A stretch of DNA of 64,000 nt. It comes from an uncultured Actinomycetota bacterium. Lineage in GTDB: Bacteria > Actinomycetota > Humimicrobiia > Humimicrobiales > Humimicrobiaceae. Location of the stretch: assembly GCA_964603595.1 (NCBI GenBank), contig CAZRVN010000004.1, forward strand, positions 148,678 to 212,677, given 5' to 3'. Both the position numbers and the translations under genes were made by a program. The notes below the pieces were generated by a model. The model worked only from the letters and a program-made list of their open reading frames with translations. It was not told the DNA's origin and made no database searches. Below, piece by piece: positions 49,333 through 58,753 of the stretch; within the stretch, counting starts at the first letter, position 1; each line of letters starts with the position of its first letter.

Positions 49333-51144
49333 TTACTTCTTGATATCCAGCTTGTAAAAACTCATAAAAGCTTCTTCCGGGATCTCAACCCTGCCAACTT
49401 TTTTCATTTTTTTCTTGCCCTTCTTTTGCTTTTCAAGGACTTTTCTTTTCCTGGTTATATCCCCGCCATAAAGCCCGGCAGTAACATCCTTCCTGTATGG
49501 GGCTATTCTTTCTTTTGCAATTATCTTCTTTCCAATAGCTGCCTGAATTGAAACTTCAAAATTCTGCCTTGGTATTAATTTCCTTAAATTTTCTGCCATT
49601 TCTCTACCAATATAATATGCCTTCTCGCTGTGGGTTATTATTGAAAGGTCTTCAACCTTTTCTCCTGCAACCAGGATGTCCAGCTTAACCAAATCGGAAG
49701 TTCTATACTCAAGAAACTCATAATCAAGTGAGGCGAACCCGGAACTTACCGATTTAAGAATATTAAAAAAGTCAACTATTATCTCCGAAAGCGGCAGTGC
49801 ATATTTAATTTCAACCCTTTCCCGGGAAAGATACTTCATGTCCTTAAAATCTCCCCTCTTCCGGTTTGCCAGTTTCATAACATCACCTATGTAGTCTTTT
49901 GGAGTTATTATAGTTGCCTCCACATACGGCTCTTCTATTTTTATCAATTTCTCCTGCTCCGGAAAATCAGAAGGCCTTTTTACCTCAATTACAGAATTAT
50001 CACTTTTTGTAATCCTGTAAGCTACGTTGGGCGAGGACGTAATCAGCTTTAATTTATACTCCCTTTCAAGCCTTTCCTTTATAATCTCCATATGGAGAAG
50101 CCCCAGAAAGCCGCACCTGAAACCAAAACCAAGTGCACCTGAAGATTCAGGGGCAAAATCCAGGGAAGAATCATTAAGTGAAAGCTTTCCCAGTGCATTC
50201 CTTAAATTCTCGTAGTCTCCGCCTTCCATTGGAAACAAACCGCAGTAAACCATTGGCCTTGGTTTTTTATATCCGGGAAGATTCTTTGCTGCAGGATTTT
50301 CAAGGCCGGTTATGGTATCCCCAACCATTATATTGCTCACTTCCTTAATCCCGGTAATGATATAGCCAACCTCACCTGCAACCAGCAAATCTTTCTTTAT
50401 CATGCCGGGACCGAATATGCCTGCTTCTTCAACCTCGCTGGTAATATTTTCACCCATAAATTTTATTCTATCTCCTCTTCTTATACAGCCATTTACCACC
50501 CTTATAAGAGCCACAACTCCCCTGTATGAATCATACTGGGAGTCAAATACCAGTACTTGAAGGGGACTGCCGGCATCACCTGCCGGAGGTGGAATATCGC
50601 TTACCACTCTTTCCAGTATTTTTTCAATTCCATAACCGGTTTTAGCACTTACTTTCAATATATCTTCTTCTCTTACACCCAGTATCCTGCCCAGCCCCAT
50701 TGCAACTTCATCAATTACCGCACTTTTAAGATCAATCTTGTTTATAACCGGAATTATTTTAAGATTATTACCGGCAGCAAGATAAACATTTGCAAGGGTC
50801 TGGGCCTGTATTCCCTGAGCGGCATCAACAACCAGAATCGCTCCTTCACATGCAGCCAGGCTCCTGGAAACTTCATAGCTGAAATCAACATGCCCCGGCG
50901 TGTCAATTAAATTAAATATATACTGCCTGCCGTCAAGAGGGCTATTATAAAGAACTCTTACCGAATGTGCTTTTATGGTAATTCCGCGCTCTCTCTCAAG
51001 TTCCATATCATCCAGGAATTGGTCTAGCATTTCTCTCCGGCTAACGGTCTCCGTTATTTCCAGAATTCTGTCAGCCAGGGTTGATTTACCGTGGTCAATA
51101 TGGGCAATTATTGAAAAGTTCCTGATTAATTTACTGTCTGTCAT
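49333..51144 (-). CDS. lepA: Elongation factor 4 (LepA)
   Basis: NFSIIAHIDHGKSTLADR is the G1 motif. The product is 603 aa and carries the LepA-specific C-terminal domain. Confidence 0.93.
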   Translation of the reverse strand: MTDSKLIRNFSIIAHIDHGKSTLADRILEITETVSRREMLDQFLDDMELERERGITIKAHSVRVLYNSPLDGRQYIFNLIDTPGHVDFSYEVSRSLAACEGAILVVDAAQGIQAQTLANVYLAAGNNLKIIPVINKIDLKSAVIDEVAMGLGRILGVREEDILKVSAKTGYGIEKILERVVSDIPPPAGDAGSPLQVLVFDSQYDSYRGVVALIRVVNGCIRRGDRIKFMGENITSEVEEAGIFGPGMIKKDLLVAGEVGYIITGIKEVSNIMVGDTITGLENPAAKNLPGYKKPRPMVYCGLFPMEGGDYENLRNALGKLSLNDSSLDFAPESSGALGFGFRCGFLGLLHMEIIKERLEREYKLKLITSSPNVAYRITKSDNSVIEVKRPSDFPEQEKLIKIEEPYVEATIITPKDYIGDVMKLANRKRGDFKDMKYLSRERVEIKYALPLSEIIVDFFNILKSVSSGFASLDYEFLEYRTSDLVKLDILVAGEKVEDLSIITHSEKAYYIGREMAENLRKLIPRQNFEVSIQAAIGKKIIAKERIAPYRKDVTAGLYGGDITRKRKVLEKQKKGKKKMKKVGRVEIPEEAFMSFYKLDIKK

Positions 51145-51178
51145 AGTTTAATAAAAATCCCATTAGTATATTGAATAA

Positions 51179-52753
51179 TTAAGCACTCCTTTTAAATTTC
51201 TTAAACAATCCAAATATAAATTTTACCTCTTCCATCCTTAACAGTATAGTGCAGCCCACATATATGCCGATACCTGTAGAAATGGTCAGAAATAAAAATA
51301 ATATAAGAGGCCATAAACCTTCGTAAGCATATTTTTCTACATAATTCCATAAAAAGAAAATTGTCACACCCATCACAGCCGTGGAAGCAAAAATTTTTCC
51401 AAATGATACAAAAATCCTTCTTCCTCCAAAATTACCTACTTTTTTCCTCAGTATCACAATCAAAATCACCACATTGCACAGGGCAACCAGAGATGTTGAA
51501 AGGGCAAGACCTCCTACATCCATGAATTTTATTAAAATCCAGTCAAGAAAAAGGTTTACAATAATAGATATACTAGCAACTTTTAGCGGCGTTCTAACAT
51601 TCTTGAACGCATAAAACGTTCTGTTAAGAATCATAAGAAGCCCGAAAAACACCAGCCCCAGACTGTGAAAGATAAGTATATATGCTACTTTTTCTGTATC
51701 CGCGGCCCCAAAAGAAAAACGCTCAAATAAAACTTTTATTACAGGATAACTTAGAATCACAAGCCCTGCAGTTGCCGGCAGCATCATGTATCCGATTTCC
51801 CTTACTCCCAGGGAAAAACTTTCCTTAATGCCCTTTATATCATTTACAACCGCCTGCCGGGATATCAAAGGATAAAGAACGGTTACTATTGCCACCGAAA
51901 ATACTCCCAGGGGCAGGTTGGCAACCCTCCATGATAGATTTAGAGCAGTAGTATTACCCCCGCCCAGATTTAATGCAAAGAAGTAATCAATGCTGTTATT
52001 AAGCTGAACCGCACCCAGACTTAAAAGAATGGGCACCGTGAGTGCAAATATCTCCCTTACGCCATGATGCCTGAAATCAATTTTAAACCGGTATCTGAAC
52101 GGAGATAATTTGAGCTGTGGGAGCTGTATAAGAAGATGCATAATGGAGCCTGCCATCACTCCAACAGCCATGCTGCATATATCAATCCGCCCGGCAAATA
52201 AAATAACAGAAATAATGGTGACTATATTCATAACGAATGGAGCCAGTGAGGGGGTAGTAAAAACATTATGGGAATTCAGTATGCCTGTGGCCAGGCTTGA
52301 CAGGGACATCGATACCAGTGAAAAAATCATAATCCTGCTCATCACCGTAAATTTATATATGTCAAACTGTCTGCTGGCTATTTTTGAAAGCAGCACACCT
52401 ATTTCGGGAGAAAAAATAAATATGATTACAGAAGCTGCCAGAAAAACAAGAATAATAATATTGATAACCGAATTTACAAAAACTTTCAGGTCATCTCTCT
52501 TACCTTTTTTTAAATACGCGGAATAAATGGGTATGAAAGCAGCAATAATCAGGCTTTCTGCAAAAAGTATCCTGAAAAGATTCGGTATATAATCTGCCCA
52601 TATGAAAGCATCTGTATCATAAGTTACACCAAAATAACCGGTCATCATCTGGTCCCTTACCAGACCCGAAACTTTTGACAGTAAAATCGCTATTAACACA
52701 AATACAGTGGCACTGAATATTCTTTTCCTGGATAATAAATAATCTTCATCCAT
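51179..52753 (-). CDS. murJ: Lipid II flippase MurJ (MviN)
   Basis: 524 aa, 14-TM MOP-superfamily pattern, N-terminal VSGLVRD motif. Confidence 0.8.
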   Translation of the reverse strand: MDEDYLLSRKRIFSATVFVLIAILLSKVSGLVRDQMMTGYFGVTYDTDAFIWADYIPNLFRILFAESLIIAAFIPIYSAYLKKGKRDDLKVFVNSVINIIILVFLAASVIIFIFSPEIGVLLSKIASRQFDIYKFTVMSRIMIFSLVSMSLSSLATGILNSHNVFTTPSLAPFVMNIVTIISVILFAGRIDICSMAVGVMAGSIMHLLIQLPQLKLSPFRYRFKIDFRHHGVREIFALTVPILLSLGAVQLNNSIDYFFALNLGGGNTTALNLSWRVANLPLGVFSVAIVTVLYPLISRQAVVNDIKGIKESFSLGVREIGYMMLPATAGLVILSYPVIKVLFERFSFGAADTEKVAYILIFHSLGLVFFGLLMILNRTFYAFKNVRTPLKVASISIIVNLFLDWILIKFMDVGGLALSTSLVALCNVVILIVILRKKVGNFGGRRIFVSFGKIFASTAVMGVTIFFLWNYVEKYAYEGLWPLILFLFLTISTGIGIYVGCTILLRMEEVKFIFGLFKKFKRSA

Positions 52754-52895
52754 ATATACATTATATTATAGATATTATTAAAGAATTTATTATATCATTT
52801 ATATCGGCCCGGCAATAAATATTTTTATTTATTTAAAAAAATGCTAAAATGTAAAATCGTTTAAAATTGAAGTTTACAGGAGAGGAAATAATTAA

Positions 52896-53165
52896 ATGCC
52901 AAACATAAAGTCACAGGAAAAAAGAGCCAGACAGAATATTAAAAGAAGGGCCAAAAACAAACTTTTAAAAGCCAGGATAAAAACTGACGAGAAGAAATTA
53001 ATTAAGGCAGTAAAAAATAAAAATAAAAAAGAAGCCAAAAGTAATCTGGACATCCTTTTTAAAAACCTTGACGATGCCGCCAAGAAAGGCGCAGTTCATA
53101 AAAACTTTTCTTCAAATAAAAAATCTAAAGCAGCAAAGCTTGTAAATTCCATTAAAAAATCCTAA
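52896..53165 (+). CDS. rpsT: 30S ribosomal protein S20
   Basis: The product starts MPNIKSQEKRARQNIKRRAKNK, typical of S20. Confidence 0.9.
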   Translation: MPNIKSQEKRARQNIKRRAKNKLLKARIKTDEKKLIKAVKNKNKKEAKSNLDILFKNLDDAAKKGAVHKNFSSNKKSKAAKLVNSIKKS

Positions 53166-53178
53166 AAAAAATTTTAAG

Positions 53179-54216
53179 CTAAACACTGACATCTATAATT
53201 TCCGGAATTAGTTTCTTAACAAGGTTTTTGCTTTCAATCATACCTGTCCTGAAACTTATATCATACCTGTTTAATATATCAAATACTTTTAATATCTCAG
53301 CTTCCGTATAATTATCACTATACCGGATATATTTATTTACCAGCTTTCCAACAAAATAAGGAGGAACTTTTAAATTTTTTTCGATATAATCCGTAACTGA
53401 TGAATGGCTGTTTCCTGATTTAATATATATAAAGCATCTGAACATCCTGTAGAGCAATGTGACCACTCCAATCCAATTCTGACCTTCCTCAAGTATTGCT
53501 TTTAAAGCTTTAAGACTGTTACATCTATCCCTCTGGCCAACATAGTCCACCAGGTCAAAAACTTTTAATGAATAAACCCTGTTTACCAGGGAGCTGACTG
53601 CATCTTCTCCAATTATTTTTTCCTTTTCCGAACTTATATAATCATAAAGTTTTTCATATTCTTTCTTCAGTAAATTTAAATCCAAATTCACATTTTCAAT
53701 CAGGAGGTCCCGGGCTTCACCTGTAAATTTTATTCCGTCTGATTCCGACTTTTCTTCAAGCCATTTTTTCAAACTTCCGATTACAGGCGTTTTCAGTTGC
53801 GTTATCTTGCCTTCCTTCCTTGCTGCATCCATAAGGGCAGGGCTCAGTTTCTTCTTAAGAGCAGTAATGATAAAAACCATGTTCCCTTGACTGGAGCTGC
53901 TTTTTAATATAGAATCCGCCAATTTCTGCTGTAATGCCAGGCTAGTGTTATCAATGTTTTTTATTGCCACCACTTTCTTCGGGGAAAATAATGAAGGAGT
54001 ATTTATATAATTAAAAAACTCCTCTTCGTCGATTTCTTCAGTCCCATTAAAATTCTTAAAATCTGTATCAAAGTTGATTTTCCCTTTAAGATATTTTTTT
54101 ATACTGCCAATTGTATCTTCAAGCAGCGAAGAGCTGGGGCTAATATATAAATAGCACGGTAGAAGCTTATCCAACCCTGGAGATTCCTTTTTTGTATTAT
54201 TTCTGTTCGCAGCCAA
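53179..54216 (-). CDS. holA: DNA polymerase III delta subunit (probable)
   Basis: It is 345 aa and sits in the conserved Firmicutes position between comEC and rpsT. The similarity is weak. Confidence 0.5.
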   Translation of the reverse strand: MAANRNNTKKESPGLDKLLPCYLYISPSSSLLEDTIGSIKKYLKGKINFDTDFKNFNGTEEIDEEEFFNYINTPSLFSPKKVVAIKNIDNTSLALQQKLADSILKSSSSQGNMVFIITALKKKLSPALMDAARKEGKITQLKTPVIGSLKKWLEEKSESDGIKFTGEARDLLIENVNLDLNLLKKEYEKLYDYISSEKEKIIGEDAVSSLVNRVYSLKVFDLVDYVGQRDRCNSLKALKAILEEGQNWIGVVTLLYRMFRCFIYIKSGNSHSSVTDYIEKNLKVPPYFVGKLVNKYIRYSDNYTEAEILKVFDILNRYDISFRTGMIESKNLVKKLIPEIIDVSV

Positions 54217-54237
54217 TCTTAGTCTCCAGTATAATTA

Positions 54238-55464
54238 TTATGTTACGTTTATGTTTCTGCTTAAATATCTGAGCTCCCTTTTATTCATAATAGCTATAAC
54301 TATTATAAGAAGCAATAGGAGTGTTAGATCTATGTATAAAACACTGTTCTTTGAAAAATTCTCCGACAGGTAACCACTTAAGTATTGAAAAAGTACCACT
54401 CCCAGATAGGAAGACGCATGCAGTAAACTGGAAACAATGTTGGTAAACCGCGAACCAATATTTAAGCCCATTGAAAAAGTCAGAGAGAAATTGCCTGCTA
54501 CATTTACCCCGAATAAAAATATAAAAATTATTTTAGCCGTAATGTTAGGGATAAGAAATGCCGAAAGTAAAAAAACGAATGATAGTGATATACTTGCAAG
54601 CAGCAACTCTTTTTCCTTCATATATTTAACCATGTAATTCTTAACTAACATTCCTACAACAGTAGCGGTAGTATAAATAGCAAGAATCAGAGAGCTTGTA
54701 TCCAGACTGACATCCATAGCCGAGAAATATGAAGTGAACCAGGTGTAAAATGTCTGCATTGTAGAAACGTAAAGAAAAGTTATAAAACAGCACAGGGCAA
54801 TATAGGGGTGGGTAGCAATAATCCTATTAGCGTTAAGAAGATTCTTTAAGCTTCTCGCGCTAATGTCTTTCCTACCCCTGGGAACCCTTAAAAATAACAA
54901 TAATATTATTAAAAAAATCTGTGGCACGGCAAGATAGAAAAATAGAAACTGCCAGCCCATATTGATATAAACACTAAGACTTACAAGCAACGGGGCAATA
55001 ACTGCTCCAATAGTCAGCCCTATATTAGATATCAATATACTCTTTGATTTATTCTTAAAATAATGATTACCCACCAGTGACATGGTAGCTACAGTTATTA
55101 CACCTATACCCAGTTGTAAAACTGTATAAGCTATTATAAATATGATATTGGAATAAGAAAATACCAGTCCAAGGCAACCGGAAAGGATTAATACCGCTCC
55201 GGCAAAGATAACTCTCTTAAATCCGAATATCTCCAGCAGAAAGCCGGCACCAATTACTGAAATTAATAACGCAAGAGTGCCGAAAGATATTATCCTGCCC
55301 ATATATTCCAGGCCAATATCCAGATCACTGGTAATAAGGGGGATAACCGGCCCGATAACATTCATGCTTATGCTCATAAACAGGCGCTGGGTAAAAGAAA
55401 AAATTAAAATGCTCCTGTGCGATTTTATTCTTTTATTCCTGGCAAAATGTATAATATTTCTCAT
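54238..55464 (-). CDS. MFS transporter
   Basis: 12-TM pattern, 408 aa. Confidence 0.6.
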   Translation of the reverse strand: MRNIIHFARNKRIKSHRSILIFSFTQRLFMSISMNVIGPVIPLITSDLDIGLEYMGRIISFGTLALLISVIGAGFLLEIFGFKRVIFAGAVLILSGCLGLVFSYSNIIFIIAYTVLQLGIGVITVATMSLVGNHYFKNKSKSILISNIGLTIGAVIAPLLVSLSVYINMGWQFLFFYLAVPQIFLIILLLFLRVPRGRKDISARSLKNLLNANRIIATHPYIALCCFITFLYVSTMQTFYTWFTSYFSAMDVSLDTSSLILAIYTTATVVGMLVKNYMVKYMKEKELLLASISLSFVFLLSAFLIPNITAKIIFIFLFGVNVAGNFSLTFSMGLNIGSRFTNIVSSLLHASSYLGVVLFQYLSGYLSENFSKNSVLYIDLTLLLLLIIVIAIMNKRELRYLSRNINVT

Positions 55465-55579
55465 TGTATTTTTAAAATCCTGACTTTAAAATATAAATTA
55501 TATTACCATATCCCTGTTTAATTTATCCCTGATTAAAATTTTTTCAAATCATAACAGTATAGCACATAGCTTAAAATTC

Positions 55580-57208
55580 TCACTTCCCGTTATCAGCCCT
55601 TCTCAGCGCCGTGCGTATTAGTATTAATATAATTATAAATACCAGATAGTATTTTATGGCACTTGCTTTATTAAAATTATCAAAATTTATAATAAAATAG
55701 TCAAATCTGCTTAGGATTCTAACCGTTTTTAATATATATCCAGAAAAAATACTGGCTGACCTTAATATAAAACCGCCTAAAGGGGGCCAGATTATTATAA
55801 TAATTGAAGAAACTATTAAAATAAAAAGAAAAGGATAAAATGCTGATATCACAAAAACATTAGCAAACACAGGAATCAGGGAAACCTCCCTGAAAAAGTA
55901 AGCAAGTACCGGAAATAAAGCCGCCTGCACCGAAATGGTAACAAGGATTATTTTTATTACAAAGAAACCGGCCTTACCGCCACGAAATACAGGAACATTA
56001 CCGGCCAGGCTGCGCATAACCGGATAAACAAAGACTAAAGCTGCCATGGAAACGAAAGTCATCCAGAACCCCAGATCATAAAGAAAAAGCGGGTTATAAA
56101 TAATCAATATGATGTAAGAAATATAGAGAATAATCCTGTAGCTGAATTCCCTTCCCATCATCCCCGCTAAAAGAATAAAAACAGCCATAACTGAAGCTCT
56201 TAACGTGCTGGCCTTCTCACCGATTAAAAAATTATAGGCAGCCAGAAAAATAATCACAGCCCAGAATAAAAAAATTGATTTCCTTATCCTTCTAAAAATT
56301 AGATATATAAGTGACACAAAAAAAGATAAATGAAGACCTGAAATAGCAAATAAATGATACAGCCCGCACTTCTTAAAAGAATCCATAACACAGTCCGGAA
56401 TATTATTCCTGTTTCCCAGTATTACTGCTTCAGCAACGCAGGCATTTTCACTTTTAAGGTATCTATAAAAAGCATTTTTCAGGCATTCATATATCCTGCT
56501 CCTTAAGGTGAACAGCTTGTTCAATGGACCCAGGCACTCAATTTTACGAAGATTTTTATATTCAGTTTCAAAAATAATATCATAGCTGTTTAAGCCGTAC
56601 CCGGAATTTTTTGAATGAATTTTTTTAAAACTGCCATTTAAAATTATACAGTCATCCCTGTTTATAAAGCTTCCCTCCGGGTCAGTAAGCTTTACATTTA
56701 TAAGCTCCCCTGCTTTTAAAAAGCTCTCCGGGGCACCACCCGGGCCGCCCTTATATATCTTATCCACCGCCAGTAGAAAGTTTAGATTACCATAGCTTAC
56801 CTGTGGATGGTTTGATACCCTGCCTTCTATTATTATATTTTTAACAACACTGCTGCCTTCTTTTTCATAATCAAAGATATTTAAAAATATACTGCTACCC
56901 TCTTTAGATTCATACACTCCTGTAACCAGGTTCCCCATAAGAAATAATATTAAAAACGGGATTATTACAAAAATAAAAAGTTTCTCATTACAACAGCAAG
57001 AATTCCTTTGACCGGATGAAATCCCCGCAGCTATTAACATTTCAGCAGTAAAAAGGAATATAATAATCAAAATCAAGATTAAATCCGGGAAGATATCACA
57101 TAAAACATTCCTGCTCCCGGCATATATCCCGGCAGTCAGGCCCAGAGCCCAGAAAAGAAGATACTCATTAGATATAAGTGATAATATATTTTTTTTTATG
57201 CATTTCAA
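55580..57208 (-). CDS. comEC: ComEC/Rec2-family DNA-uptake channel protein (membrane core only)
   Basis: It has a polytopic competence domain and lies downstream of comEA with a 4-nt overlap. At 542 aa there is no room for the usual C-terminal metallo-beta-lactamase domain. Confidence 0.6.
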   Translation of the reverse strand: MKCIKKNILSLISNEYLLFWALGLTAGIYAGSRNVLCDIFPDLILILIIIFLFTAEMLIAAGISSGQRNSCCCNEKLFIFVIIPFLILFLMGNLVTGVYESKEGSSIFLNIFDYEKEGSSVVKNIIIEGRVSNHPQVSYGNLNFLLAVDKIYKGGPGGAPESFLKAGELINVKLTDPEGSFINRDDCIILNGSFKKIHSKNSGYGLNSYDIIFETEYKNLRKIECLGPLNKLFTLRSRIYECLKNAFYRYLKSENACVAEAVILGNRNNIPDCVMDSFKKCGLYHLFAISGLHLSFFVSLIYLIFRRIRKSIFLFWAVIIFLAAYNFLIGEKASTLRASVMAVFILLAGMMGREFSYRIILYISYIILIIYNPLFLYDLGFWMTFVSMAALVFVYPVMRSLAGNVPVFRGGKAGFFVIKIILVTISVQAALFPVLAYFFREVSLIPVFANVFVISAFYPFLFILIVSSIIIIIWPPLGGFILRSASIFSGYILKTVRILSRFDYFIINFDNFNKASAIKYYLVFIIILILIRTALRRADNGK

Positions 57209-58068
57209 ATTGATATAAACTCAATTATTTCCTCATATTTCTTTTCTCCAATACCGGTAACTTTTTTTAGTTCCTCTTTTTTCTCAAATAAACCGTTTCT
57301 TTCCCTGTATTTAATAATATTGCCTGCAATCACAGGACCTATCCCCGGCAGTGATTCCAACTCATTTAAATTTGCCGTATTTATGTTTATATTTAGATTC
57401 TCAGCAGCGTTGTAATCATCTGAATAATTTCCTGTAAAAAATAGGGAATTTCCATTCGCCACTTCCTCCATAGAGGGGATATAAACTCTCTGACCATCAA
57501 CAAGGATACGGGCCAGATTAATAATTTCAAGGCAGGCATTTTCGCCCTGCCCTCCTGCAACCTCTATTAAATCTATTATTCTTGAACCCTGCTTTAGCTC
57601 ATAAACACCGGAATTCTCTACCTCTCCGCAGATATATACTTTTATAGTGACTTCCGGCTGCTGCAGGTTATAATCACCATCATTATCAATACTTTCGAAA
57701 TAATTACCGTTGCCGGCAGGTAAATTTTTATTGCTGCCCTCCGATCCTGCCACTTCCCCATTTTCGCCCCCGGCTGCCCCTTCCGGTTCAATGCTTGCCG
57801 TATTATCCCCGGAATAATAGCTTTTCAGTATATTTTCTTTTCTTTTTATTTCTATCTGAAGGTTTATATAAATTACAGAAAAAACAGTTATTATAAGAAT
57901 AAGCAGCACTACTACTGTTATATAGAAGTTTTTCCCTCTCCCATATTTAATTTTATCTATAAAGAATCTTACTTTATCTATTATTTCTCTCATAACTAAA
58001 AACTTTTTAAACCAGTAGAGTTTTATATAATATATTTTTTTGATATTTATATAAATATACAATAGCAT
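57205..58068 (-). CDS. comEA: ComEA DNA receptor (tandem helix-hairpin-helix)
   Basis: It has a transmembrane anchor and C-terminal HhH motifs (ESLPGIGPVIAGNIIKYR, KVTGIGEKKYEEI). Confidence 0.8.
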   Translation of the reverse strand: MLLYIYINIKKIYYIKLYWFKKFLVMREIIDKVRFFIDKIKYGRGKNFYITVVVLLILIITVFSVIYINLQIEIKRKENILKSYYSGDNTASIEPEGAAGGENGEVAGSEGSNKNLPAGNGNYFESIDNDGDYNLQQPEVTIKVYICGEVENSGVYELKQGSRIIDLIEVAGGQGENACLEIINLARILVDGQRVYIPSMEEVANGNSLFFTGNYSDDYNAAENLNININTANLNELESLPGIGPVIAGNIIKYRERNGLFEKKEELKKVTGIGEKKYEEIIEFISI

Positions 58069-58178
58069 AAAGGCATAAAAAATTAAAGAAAAAAATCAGC
58101 AGAACAGCCGTGAATATAATAAAAAATCCTGTTAAAATAATTATAGTTTCAAATATATAAAATACAGGAGAGCATTCT

Positions 58179-58685
58179 ATGGCAAAATTAGTACTTATAA
58201 TGATTGAAAATGAATACAGAGACGAAGAAGCTATTTATCCTTACTACAGGTTCAAGGAAGCCGGTTACGATGTAAAAGTTGTTGGTCCGGAAAAAAATAA
58301 AGAATATCGCGGAAAATATGGGACAACACTTAAATCCGAGCTTTTACCTTCTGAAGTTGAGCTTGATAATGTTGCTGCAGTGATTATCCCCGGGGGGAAC
58401 GCGCCTGATAAAATGAGAATTAAAAAGGATATGGTCGAACTTGTAAAAAAATCTTACCTTCAGCAAAAGGTTATCGGGGCAATCTGCCATGGCGGCTGGA
58501 TGCTTGCCGAAGCCGATATTATAAAAGGCAAGAAAGTCACCGGCTACATCGCAGTAGCTACCGATTTAAGAAATGCCGGAGGGGAGTACCTTGACAGGGA
58601 AGTAGTAGCTGACGGGAACATAGTAACATCCAGAATTCCTGATGACCTTCCTGCATTCTGCAGCACCATTCTAAAACTCATCTAA
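58179..58685 (+). CDS. DJ-1/PfpI-family protein (intracellular protease / deglycase-like)
   Basis: The nucleophile elbow AICHGGWML is present, and the product is 168 aa. Confidence 0.8.
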   Translation: MAKLVLIMIENEYRDEEAIYPYYRFKEAGYDVKVVGPEKNKEYRGKYGTTLKSELLPSEVELDNVAAVIIPGGNAPDKMRIKKDMVELVKKSYLQQKVIGAICHGGWMLAEADIIKGKKVTGYIAVATDLRNAGGEYLDREVVADGNIVTSRIPDDLPAFCSTILKLI

Positions 58686-58753
58686 AAAACCAAAGAAAAA
58701 AAATATTTAAAAATATTTACTTAAACTGCATTAATTATTTTTTATGCTTAAGC

